Positions 13,420 through 26,300 of a stretch of DNA of 64,000 nucleotides are shown in pieces (the first letter of the stretch is position 1; the number at the start of each line of letters is the position of its first letter). The DNA is from Leucoraja ocellata. Taxonomy: Eukaryota. Both the position numbers and the translations under genes were made by a program. The notes under the pieces were generated by a model. That model worked only from the letters and a program-made list of their open reading frames with translations, was not told the origin of the DNA and searched no databases. Location of the stretch: the NCBI GenBank assembly GCA_036785375.1, contig JAWMAR010000400.1, forward strand, positions 372,001-436,000, written 5' to 3'.

Positions 13420-14157
13420 TTTCACCTCTAGCCTTTGTCACTAAAATCACTAATCATGCCAATCTCCATCATCAACTGTTCCACCCACCACATGCAATAC
13501 TTTGCCCCCTCCCCCATCTCTCTTTTCTTGTTTTCTCCTCCCTGCTCTGAAGAAGGGTCCTGACTCAGATGCTGCCTGAGTCCATTTCCCTCCACAGATG
13601 CTGCCTGACCTGCTGAGTTCCTTCACAACTATTTCTTTGCTCAAGATTCCAGCTGCAGTCTCATGTGTCTCCCGCAAAGAAATAATGTCTTCTGGAAATT
13701 AAAGACAAAATAAGAACAACATTGGAATCAAAAACTGTCCAATAACATTCTATAATGTCGGCTCCAGTAGCAATGTACAGAGATGTTTTAAATGCCAAAA
13801 CCTCTAATCATTTTAGTTATCACCATGGCAATTACAATAAAGAATAGCAGAACAGAAATGTTAATAAAAGCCTGGATATTTTCCACATACTCACTACTCC
13901 ATTTGAGTCACTACAACAAGGAAAACCATGATTGATAATCCCTGTCCTTAGTCCTGGCATGCTGAGTACTGTTCCAGTGATTCAACTGCTTGTGAGATCC
14001 ACTAACTCATCCCAACCAAATCTGGGATGTTTTACTTATTATCAGGCCACTACCTACTGGCCATAAGACACTAGGGTCAGGAAGTTATTGGAAAACTTAA
14101 TCAAGATCAATAAAGAAATCCTTAAATTGGTTTCAGGTGCTCCAATTCCTAGAGGTT

Positions 14158-14176
14158 CACACACACACACACACAC
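14158..14176. repeat. (CA)n microsatellite in the probable CAPN3 3' UTR
   Basis: About 9 CA units. Confidence 0.85.
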
Positions 14177-14322
14177 GCTGATCTGACAGTTTCATGCCGC
14201 AATGTCCTTCTCCTTATTATTCCAAACATCACTGAATCGAGGAGTTTGGCTTGCTGTATGGTGCTGTTGAGGTTCGCATGTTGAGTTTGAGGTATTTGAC
14301 AGACCCTCGAATCCTGTGACCT

Positions 14323-14349
14323 TTAGGCATATATGGTAAGCTGCAGCCA
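14323..14349 (-). CDS. CAPN3: CAPN3 exon 24, coding part (WLQLTIYA*)
   Basis: cag|TGG CTG CAG CTT ACC ATA TAT GCC TAA. Confidence 0.93.
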   Translation of the reverse strand, partial: WLQLTIYA

Positions 14350-17300
14350 CTGTGGAAATAAAATCATAAAAATTAATCCCACAGTGATCATTTTGTGTGG
14401 ACTCCTGCCTGTCAAGACACCTTTAACAAAGCATGGTGACAGTGTTGCCTCCCCACCACCACCCTCTCCCTTGAATGAGGAGAATGGCCCACAGGTCAGA
14501 TACTATTTTCAGTGAGAAGACTACAGATGGGAAACTTATGAGTAGGAACCTGCCATCTTTTATTTTACCAGAAGAAAGGGTATAGGGTGAACTGATTGAT
14601 GTAAAGGTATAGCATGGAAACAGGTCTTCTGATCTCTGAATCCACGGCAACAATCAATCTCCCGTTCAAACTAGTTCTAGGTTATCCTACTTCTGCATCT
14701 ACTCCCTGCACACAAGGGGTAACTTACAGAGGCCAATAAACCTGCAAAACTATGGTATGTGGGAGGAATCCAGAACACTCAGAATGGGCTACCTTGGAAA
14801 TTGGATCAATCATGTGGATATTAACGGAGTAAATTGTGATGGAAATTATTCCTGAGTGAAATGGCACTAATCACACAATCAGCCGATGAGCATCAGTGTG
14901 CCTGACCTTGGAGTCAGCAGCAGACCAAATGATGTAAGTTGTCACACAGTGCACGTTTCAGCTCATACTGATAGAAATTGGATCTCAGAGTTCCACACAA
15001 TGATCATTGTGGGGAGATCTCAGAACTAGGCGTACAGCACGCCATGTTCTTGCTTTGCTTGTGACTTAAAGTGATACATTGGGGCACTAGACAAGGCAGT
15101 TCCATAACTGCTCATACATGTTTCACCCAACTCAGACCAAGGCCTTATGGCTAATGTAACCATTAGAGCATAACGTCATGCTTGGCTCAATGATCACGTG
15201 ACACGTCACAGGATTCTAGGTGTGACAGGGAGGAGAGCAGACCATGGTGAAGGAGACGTGGGATGAGAAATTTCTTCTCTCACAAGGCAGCCTTCACTAC
15301 TGAGTGTTTAAGAAGGAAATGCAGATGCTGGAAAATCTAAGGTACACAAAAATGCTGGAGAAACTCAGCGGGTGCAGCAGCATCTATGGAGCAAAGGAAA
15401 TAGGCAATGTTTTGGGCCATAACCCTTCTTCAGGCCTTCACTACTGATGTTAGTATGCCATGGTGGCTGGGCTAACCCAGCACATCTCTCGACTGGAGAC
15501 CACATTGACACTGTTGTACATAAGTTGTTGCAAATCTGCAAACATTGGGCACCAGCACACCAATAAAGGAGCAATGCCAGAAAACATTAAAAAAATATGA
15601 ACAAACAACATCTTCAAACAGTTGCGGATGTCTGGGTCAGAACCTCTGGTGTGATTTACACCTTTCGTGTCCACTCGGGACTTCTAATTCTTGACAAGAA
15701 ACCGGGCCTGTGACACCTACCTCCAGGACATTCAGTTTAATAATTCCATCGCCATCTTTGTCGAATGCCTTGAAGGCTCCTGCAGAACAGAAAGGATAAC
15801 ATTACCATGCTCAATAACACACTTGCAAAGATTGCAACGTGATGCTTGTATCGTGGTACTGAGAACACCAGAAGGATTCACATCCACTCTTTGCTCAGTT
15901 GAGTCATAATCATGGAGATACAGCACACAACCAGGCCTTTTGACTGATTGAATCTGCGGCAACTATCAACTACCCATGCATATTAATTGCACCCTCCCTT
16001 CGCCTTTCATTTTTCCAATGTTCCCATCAACTCCCGCCAAAGTAGGGACAATTTAGAGTGGACAGTAACTATATCGACCCACATGCCTTTGGGAGGAAAC
16101 AAGAGCTCCTGGGGAAAACCCATGCAGTTGAAGGGGGAATGTGCAAACTCCCACAGCAGGAGCTAGCATTGAACCCGAGTCTCTGGTGTCATGCCATTTC
16201 TGCTCAACCTGATTGCACATGTCACTGGGGAACAAGGATATTGTAGAGCTGAGCTAGAGGTGTAGTTCTTCACTTTGGTCCTCACTCTATCCATTCTATG
16301 CTTTTCTCCTGTCTCATGCTGGGTCATAGTTCCACCTGGGTCTATGAGCACTACATCCACCCACAATAGGTGGATAAGGGGCACTGAGATGCAGTGCCCT
16401 CATGAACCCTGGAAAGTGTCCTCAGCCAAGCAGATTAAACATGATTCCACTTGATTTTCTGATGTAACGTATTTGTCGAGCCAAGTAATTTGCTTCCACC
16501 CAGTGCAATCTCAGATATCTCAATGGACCCCAAGGTGAAACTTTGATGCCTGTCTAGGTTTGACTCCATTCAACAGAGGATAAGTGAAGAAATCCTGCTT
16601 GCTGATAACCCTTTGCTCAACTCTACACAAGCTGCACACATGCTTTTCTAAGTCAAATGTTGGTTGCTAACTAGATCGGCAACACATGGCTATGACTTAG
16701 AAACATAGAACATAGAAAATAGGTGCTGTGGTAGGCCATTTGGCTCTTTGAGCCTGCACCGCCATTCAATATGATCATGGCTGATCATCCAAAATCAGTA
16801 CCCCGTTCCTGCTTTCTCCCCATATCCTTTGATTCCGTTAGCCCTAAGAGCTATATCTAACTCTCTCTTGAATACTCACTGGTGGGGATACGATGAAGAT
16901 TGGTCCTGAGATTAACTGTTCAACTTCAAATATAACCATATAACCATATAACAATTACAGCACGGAAACAGGCAATCTCGACCCTTCTAGTCCATGCCGA
17001 ACATATAATCTCCCCTAGTCTCATATATCTGCGCTCAGACCATAACCCTCCATTCCCTTCCCATCCATATAACTATCCAATTTATTTTTAAATGATAAAA
17101 ACGAACCTGCCTCCACCACCTTCACTGGAAGCTCATTCCACACAGCTACCACTCTCTGAGTAAAGAAGTTCCCCCTCATGTTACCCCTAAACTTCAGTCC
17201 CTTAATTCTCAAGTCATGTCCCCTTGTTTGAATCTTCCCTACTCTCAGTGGGAAAAGCTTTTCCACGTCAACTCTGTCTATCCCTCTCATCATTTTAAAA

Positions 17301-20300
17301 ACCTCTATCAAGTCCCCCCTTAACCTTCTGCGCTCCAAAGAATAAAGCCCTAACTTGTTCAACCTTTCTCTGTAACTTAGTTGCTGAAACCCAGGCAACA
17401 TTCTAGTAAATCTCCTCTGTACTCTCTCTATTTTGTTGACATCCTTCCTATAATTAGGCGACCAAAATTGTACACCATACTCCAGAATTGGCCTCACCAA
17501 TGCCTTGTACAATTTTAACATTACATCCCAACTTCTATACTGAATGCTCTGATTTATAAAGGCCAGCACACCAAAAGCTTTCTTTACCACCCTATCTACA
17601 TGAGATTCCACTTTCAGAGAACTGTGCACAGTTATTCCCAGATCCCTCTGTTCACCTACATTCTTCAATTCCCTACCATTTACCATGTACCTGAAGCAAA
17701 TCTGAAGCAAAGGCTCCTGATTGTAAATAACTTTTTTTTTAAACCTTCTTTGTTCAACATATTGGTGTCACTGGCAAGGCTATCATTTATTGCCAAGCCC
17801 TAGTTGGTTTTGGTGCAGTTTTTCAATCTTTGTAGCCTTTCTGGTGAAGGTGCTCATTGTAGACTTGTAGATGCTGAGTGGCCATGGGTTATCAGGAGGT
17901 GGATCACTTGCCACAGGATACCCAGCTTCTTGCAGCCTCTGGTAGCCATGGTTTCTATTTGGCTTTTTTTAGTTTCTGATCGATGGTGACTGCCTCCACC
18001 CCTCAGGATGCTGACTGTGGGAGAAGATAACGCCTTTGAATGACAAAGGTAGATTAACCCTCTTATGTTGGAGATAGTAGCATGAATCCTATCTGCTCGT
18101 GCCTGAATGTTGTCTAGGTCTTGCTGAGGAGATGTTGTGAATGAGTATAAACATTATGCAATCATCAGCGAACATCCCCATCTCTGATCCTATGATGGAA
18201 GGAAGGTCACTGATGCAGCAGATGGAAGTGGTTGGACCTAGGACACTGCCCTGACGAACTCAGGCAATAATGTCCTTTGGCTCAGATGATTGACCGCCAA
18301 CTACCACAGCCATCTTCCCTGAAGTGTCCCCCCCAAGAAGGGAATTGCGTGAATGCATGGGGAGGAAGGTCCAGTCATGGTTCCAATCAGCAATGCAATC
18401 TGAGAGTAGGAACAGATAATGATCAGGTGGTGGGGACTGCTGGGGCGGGGACATGTTGGTTGAAGAGTTGAAAGTCTTGAAAGACCAAATGGTGACTCTT
18501 GGTCTTACGATTTAACAGGGCATAGGAGGTATCTCTGATGCTTAGGGAGAAAACCAAATAATTGTTCAGCACATTCAAGACAGAGATCGACGTAATGGTA
18601 GACATTGTGGCAACCAAGGGATAGGAGAATAATACAGGATAGTGGTACCAAGACAAGGTATCAGCCATGGTGGAGCAGGCATAAGGGACAAGGTAACGGA
18701 AAAAATGGGGTGGAAGTTATCGGCAATAGTTGAATGAATATACGTTAGAAACAGAGGTTTGTGTTTAGGAAAGGGATGTTAAATAACTGGACAACTGCAT
18801 TAAATCAGTGTGACACCTAGGGTTATTCCTGAGCAGTGAGACCAGCTTCATGAAGGAAAGCTTCAATCCTGACAATCTGGTTCCAAGGATCCCAATATAA
18901 ACCACCTCAGGCCACCAAAGTTCCACCCAGCGCACCAGGGAAGCTGCAGGGGAATTGCTGATGTGAGGGATGCACACCATTGCACTTACTGAACATCCCC
19001 TCCAGCCTCACGAAGCAGCAGATGAAGCTGTCGAAATCCAGGTTCATGTTCACATCAGCGTAGCGCATGGAGATGAGATCGTACAACTGGCCGTTCAGAC
19101 GGAAGCCTGCAGAACAAGAAAGAAGTTCTGCTGCACCACTCTGACTCTCATCAACAGTCCCCATCATTTCACTAAACCAAGCGCTTACAAACCAATTCCC
19201 TCTGTAACACTATCTTCTCACCTGGTGCAGGTAACCTCAGCTGCCATTTGTGTGGCTCGGAAGTTTCAACCGGCCACCTTCTGCCAGGTCACCATTGTGA
19301 TCTCCATATGATATTCATCATTGTATATGAAGTTGAGTTGTTCCCTGTGAAACGTGGCTTTTACATGAGAAACTGGGACACTGTGTTCTTTGGAATGCTT
19401 TTGGTGGCCATTCCCAGAGCAGCTAGATTTTACTACCACATCACTGTCCTGGGAGGTTTCCAGGAGGTGAAATACTTACTAACATCCAGACATCCCTAAT
19501 GAATATAAAGCACCCCTACCACACCATCAGCAGGTCTCCACCGCTCCTTATGACCTGCGTCCTACACACCACCACAACACTCCCAATCACCTCCCTGATA
19601 TTTGCTCAGGAACTGTTAAGGCCAGGAACAACTCATCCAACAGGTTTCCTCCTCATTCCCAGCTCGGCAGCTTTGCTTGACAAGAGTACATAATGGAATG
19701 TTTAAACTGAGAAGGATGAGACACAACACTGCAGATGTTGGAATCTTGAACGAAACACAAAGTGCTGGAGGAACTCATCAGTGGAGGGAATGGACAGATG
19801 ACATTTTGGCTTTGGACTCTTGTTCAGACTGATTACAGTAGGGGGTGGGCAGAAGCTAAAATGTGCGTTGGAGTAAAACAAAGAATCATTTGACACCATG
19901 CTGCCTTGGAAAAGCAGCCAACAGAATCAAAGACTTGCCCACCCTAGTCATTCTTCCCCCTACTCCCATGGGCTAAAGGTGCAGAACCTGAAAGCATGAA
20001 CCACCAGACGTAGGAACAGCTTCTTCCCCTAGGGCTTCTGAATGGTTCTTCCTTAAGTCAGGGTTCTGTCAAATTCACCTCTACCCCATTGCGGACATTG
20101 GACCTTGTCTCTGGGAATGATACTATATTCTACATCCTGTATTTTCCCTTTGCTCTACCTATTGTTCCTTAGTTGGATGTGATTGTATTTACATATAGTA
20201 TTATCTGATCTGAATGGGTAGCATGCAAAACAATGCATTTCACTGAACCTCGGTACACGTGACAATAATAAACCTAAACTTAATGGACCTGTCCCACTTA

Positions 20301-23300
20301 TGTGACTGCAGGTGACTATGCAGTCACCACATGGTCGCCACATGTTCCCGGGTGGTTGCCGGGTAGTTGCCTTCATGGTCTATAGGAGTTCCCGCATTCT
20401 GGGAACTAGTAGCGGCCTCCTTATGGTCGCCATGAATTTTTCATCATGTTGAAAAATTAGTGGCGACTAGAATGAAGCCGCCATGGAGAGTAGCGAGAAT
20501 TCTCGTGCCGTAGGTGGGTCGCCAGGAGGTCCTAGTGGGTTGCCAGATGGTCGAAAATACTCGGAGATTCTCGTAGGTTGTAGCCGGTGCTGACCAGTGA
20601 ATCTCATTGGGGGAAAAAAAGCAGTAGTTTTCAGAACCAAGGAAAACCGACCGGTAATGTTAAATGTCCGCCGAGCTTCACAGCCATGTATCTCTGGCTT
20701 CTTAAAAGTTGGCTCCATTCCTTCTTCCCCCCCTCTCCCCCTCTTTTAAAAGACTTATCGTACACTGTGCTTTAGCCGGATTTTTACAGTGCCAACCTTC
20801 CTGTTCATCGCGGTGTTTGTCTGTTTCACCTCGGCTTTGCACCGTGTGAATTTTTTAGACAGCGCTCCCCACGCTTGCCCTGTCCCCCACCTGTATAACG
20901 GGCTGATGATGGAAGCGATGTGTTTGTGTGTGTCTTCCACTCTGACATTCGCCGTTCCAGTTGCTGGTTTTTCAGGCGACTGCCGGCAATCCGCTGAAAA
21001 ATTACCTAAGTGCAACAGGCCCATAAGTGTTAGATTATCTGAGGTTTATAGTATGTGCTTTGCCTTGGGAAGTGCGATTGGAGCAGATACAATGGGACAT
21101 GCTGGCTCCCAGAAGCACACATCACTTACAGTGCCACTCCTGAGTGAGACTCGGTCTGAAAACCTCATTGTGATCCCATCCCTGTGGATCTGAACCTTCG
21201 GCCCATAGTGTAAGTGCAGCTGCGTTGTTCCTCACAAGGACAGTGCAGCCAATGCCATCTGTAGACACTCTAACTCACTGCCACTCACCTGCATCATTCA
21301 CAGCACTGCGCATTTCATAGCTATCAATCACTCCAGAATTGTCCTTGTCATATTCTTGAAAAATTGTCTGCAAGTAAACAAGAAATCACAATGATAAAAT
21401 GTTAGTCTTGGAGTTTAAATGGAATTACAGGACCACGTGCCAATGGCCGATGGCCAATCTGCAGACTCAGTTCCATCTCTGAGTGACCAGGATCAGGTCT
21501 GTGTCTGAGGGACTGGACAACCGGACTGAGCGGCACGTTCACCATCTTACCAAGCAGCCACAATTCAGGCAGGGATGTGCCCACAATTTGGCCACTTCTT
21601 CTGGTCACTAGAGTAAAAGTTGCTAACCTCACCATTTACATTTTCAAAAGCAATAATAATTCATTGTGTGTTCAACAATGTTGCAACATGTCTTACAGTA
21701 TGTACTATAAAGGACATGGGCTTAATCTCTGTCATATTCTCTAATAAAACTGAACAAGATGAACCTTTAGCCTTCAATTCTTTTGCAATTTATGAACTTT
21801 AAAAGGTACAATTAATCAGGGAGACTCAGGTCCTTGCCTGGCAATTTGCCCAGTGGGTAACTGCACTGCAATATGCCACATCGCCCAGCGTGGAGATGAA
21901 GGGTGCATTTTTAATTTCTGATTTTCCTTTTGTTTCCCTGGCCAGAGAGGGAGTGGTATTGAAGCAATCGTTCAACCAGCCATTCCTGAGTGTTGATGGT
22001 TTCACCAGGTTTGATGACCTGCTCCCTTCCCAGGGCCAACCAGTGGTAAAGTACCTGTGATTACAGGATTAGATGGGTTCTGGCCGTACTGCTCCATGGC
22101 ACTGTGACTGACTGGATCTAGGTGACCAATGGGTAACTTGTGGGGGCATTGCTGATATTAGGGTGTATAGTCAATAATGCCCCAGTGCAAAAGAGAGATA
22201 ACTAGCCGCAAATAGGGGAATCCCACAGACAACCCGAGCCATGTGATCCTGTGTCTTTGACTCAAAACATCAAAGCTACTAAAGTACATTTCTGCAGCCA
22301 GTATTGATCAAATCCTAACATTCATAGTTATCCATCCTCAGTGGCTGGCTGGGAAGTACAGTACAGAGGAGTGGTGTTATGTCGTAGGGACATGCAGAAA
22401 TCCCTCACCAGCTCTGGTGGTGACTTGACAATGTTAGCTGGTACATCGGGGAAATGAACAGCATTGAAAATGGCGGGTAATCCTATCACTGAGAAGTTGG
22501 CAGAGTCTAAATGAACCTCTCTTCTAGTTCTGCTGATGTGAGAATGTCAAATGACAGTCAACAGTAACATTATATGTGGAAATAATTTGTCCAAACTCTA
22601 CAGTGCCACGTACCTGCCATTGCTTAATCTTATTCCATAGACGCTTGAACTCCACCAGGTTAAGCTTCCCAGATCCATCTGTCTGCAGGTGCAAAGTTAG
22701 GGAAGAGATAATAGAAACAAATAGAAGCAAAGGTCTAATGGCCTGATCATGTGTTTGTTAATCTTCCACTCTGAGAAACCAGGGCTAATATGACATCCAA
22801 GGTCAATATACATTCTCAATATGAAAAAGAAAATTGGCAAATTTTGTAAACCTCCAAGCTGAATGTGTAATTTTAGAAACAAATGGGCATGTTTGGGTTG
22901 CTCTTGATATAACCATTGCAAAACCAGTGTCAGCTCTTTTAACATCAGCCCGCTGTCAAAATCTACCCCCATGCATGTGGCAAACAGAGATTAATATTGT
23001 CGTATATCATGCATTGGTTACACTTAAATCTGGAGTTCTGTGGGCACCTTAGGAATTATATTTTTTCTCCCTGTGGAGCAATAATTATTATTATTTATGC
23101 TCAGGAATTTATTATGTTTTCGGAAAATAATAAAGAACGTTTTTTTTTTTAAAGGGGACATTTGGTGATCTGATATTACGAGTTCAGGATTGCTAAGGGT
23201 GGCTTCTCCAGTTTGTTTCTAATTGTAGAAGTTTCAAATATCAGAGGATGCAGGTTCAACAGAATAAGGTTGAAGGCTGAATATTATCTCCTGGGAATTT

Positions 23301-26300
23301 CATGGGGTTCCTCATGTTTTAGTCTGTGATCTTAGCAGAAAACTCATTCAAATTCGACAGTGAGACTTAAAGAATACACACGTTGAATTTCAACACAAAC
23401 ATGAATTATGGAATATTATCATGAAAGATCACTGAAGATCACCTGCTTCCAAACACCCCAAATTGTCTCAACCATATAAAAAGCACAAGTCTTAGGTAAG
23501 TTGGAATACTCCCCATTTGCCTGGATGAATGCAGCTGTAACAATTCATTTCAAACCATCTAGACCAAAGCTTTTCTTGTTGCTACCATCACGCAGAAACT
23601 ACAGAATCCTGAACTCACACAATATCAAGTTCAGCAACAGCTACTTTCCAACAACTATAATGTTCTTGCACCAACCTGTACAACCCTAATGCTCCCTCAG
23701 AATGGGAACATTACGAACCACCTCTTGCACTACCATGGACTTTGTTTTCTAATTGTGTTTGCACTTACAGTATGTCTTGCTTGTTTTTGCATTCTTTTTG
23801 GTTTTTAGTGTCTTGCAAAATGTATGTGTAATTTATGAATAATTTATGTATTTTCTGTCTGGGCTTATGTGCTTGTGATGCTGCTGCAAGCAAGGTTTTT
23901 ATTATACCCATACCTCACTGTGCAGATCACAATGAACTCGACTTAACTTGACCTGGGAGTCCTTGTTCATCACTCGGGGTCCTTGTTCATCAGTCTATGA
24001 AAGTAAGCATGCAGGTACAGAGGCAGTGATGAAAGTGAATGGCATGTTGGCCTTTATAACAAGATGAATCGAATATAGGAGCAAAGAGGTCCTTCTGCAG
24101 TTCTCCTTAGTACAGAGCCCTAGTGAGACCACACCTGGAGTATTGTGTGCAGTTTTGGTCCCCTAATTTGAGGAAGGACATTCTTGCTATTGAGGGAGTG
24201 CAGCGTAGGTTTACAAGGTTAATTCCCGGGATGGCGGTATGGTCATATGCTGAGAGAATGGAGCAGCTGGGCTTGTACACTCTGGAGTTTTGAAGGATGA
24301 TAGTAGATCTCATTGAAACATATAAGATTGTTAAGGGTTTGGACACGCTAGAGGCAGGAAACATGTTCCCGATGTTGGGGGAGTCCAGAACCAGGGGCCA
24401 CAGTTTAAGAATAAGGAGTAAGCCATTTAGAACGGAGACAAGGAAACACTTTTTCTCACAGAGAGTGGTGAGTCTGTGGAATTCTCTGCCTCAGAGGGTG
24501 GTGGAGGCAGGTTCTCTCGATGCTTTCAAGAGAGACCTAGATAGGGCTCTTGAAAATGGCGGAGTCAGGGAATATGGGGAGAAGGCAGGAACGGGGTACT
24601 GATTGGGGATGATCAGCCATGATCAAGTTGAATGGCGGTGCTGGCTCGAAGGGCCAAATGGCCTACTCCTGCACCTATTGTCTATTGTCTATTGATTTAA
24701 GTTTCAGAGGATTTTTTTTTCATTATGAACAACAGACATCACTGGCAAGTGCAGCATTTATTGTATGCCACTAATTGCTCTTGAATAGGGTGGCTTGTTA
24801 ATCAACTTCAGAAGGCAGTTAAAAATTAACCATGTGAGTGGGTCTGGAGATCAGACCAGGAAAGAATGATAGGTTTTTCTGAAAAGCATCATGTAGATTG
24901 GCTATTGCATGTTAGCCAATTAGAATGCTTAGTAATTATAACTCCGTCTAATTATAACATTCATAGTGTAAAAGTTCGCCCACTGTCTGCCAATAGCTGC
25001 AGTGGTGAGAACGTGTGATGTACTGCTTAGATGATAATGAGCTGAACAATAAAGATGCTTGTGCTTTAACCTGTGTGAGATTAAGCTCTTTACACATCAT
25101 GAACCAGATGACATTTTATGACAACCAGGCCATTTCTTGTTTAGCTTTGCTGAGAACGGCTTCTCTTAAATTCCCTAGCTGCTCTGGTAGGAATGATTTT
25201 TTCCCTCCAGGCCATATTGCAGTTAAGTGCGGGCAAGTTGGGCTGAAGAGCCTGCTTTCACAATGTATCACTCCATGACCAATGTCTTAAACACTGTAAG
25301 GTACTTCTACAAACCGACAAAGGTGATTTTAACATTTCCTGGCACATTGTTGCGTATAGTTACAACAATTCATCAGTTAATTTCAAGGTAAGTGTTAGGT
25401 AACAAAAGGAATTAGTTCCAAATCAAGGAAAGAATTAAAACCAAAGGCCTGGTTTGACTATTCACTCAGCAGGATTTGTTTACCCTGTTCTGTTTGATAG
25501 TGGGAGGATTGGAACCAGTCTCTGCATCCTGAAGATGAAATATAACCTAGCACTTCTCTCTGAATTGTCTTCCAGTGGCCTGAGAAATAATTTGAATGAG
25601 CACTGAAAGGAGGAATAGAGCACTGCAGGGGATTTTTTATTCATTTTTAAATGCGGACATTGTTCGCAAGTCCAAGATTCAAGATTCAATTTAATTGCCA
25701 TTTGGACCCCTTGAGGTCCAAACGAAATGCCGTTTCTGCAGCCATACATTACAAACAAATAGACCCAAGACACAACATAATTTACATAAACATCCATCAC
25801 ATCACTGTGATGGAAGGCCAAAAAAACTTATCTCTCCACTGCACTCCCCCCCCCCCCCCCCCCCCCCCCCGATGTCAGAGTCAAAGTCAAAGCCCCCGGC
25901 TGGTGATGGCGATTGTCCCGCGGCCATTAAAGCCACGCCGGGTGGTGCGAGGTCGCACACCGGGTCTTGGTGTTAGAGCCCCCGGCGTGCGCTCGCAGAG
26001 TCCCGCGGCCATTCCAAGCCGCGAGGGGCGGTGATGTAAAGGCCCCGCTCCAGGAGCTCTTCGACCCCGCAACTCGGGCGGGAGAAGTCGCCGTTGCGAG
26101 AGCCCTGAAAAGCGGTCTCCCTCCAGGGATCCGCGGGCTCCCGGTGCCGCCGTCCGCCAGACCCACAGTTGCAGCCTCCGAATCTCCGGAGGTCGGGCCG
26201 CAGCAGCAGCAGCGCTCCACCACCGCTCCACCCGCTCCGGACTCGGCCAGCTCCACGACGGTGAGGTGAGTCGTCGGCACCAGAGTCCCCGGTCTTCTCC

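Noticed and set aside
1-14300. ZNF106, the convergent neighbour of CAPN3 in mammals
   Set aside because: No WD40 or C2H2 ZNF106-like exon recognised on the plus strand; plus-strand AATAAA motifs near 13.8-14.1 kb are not enough.
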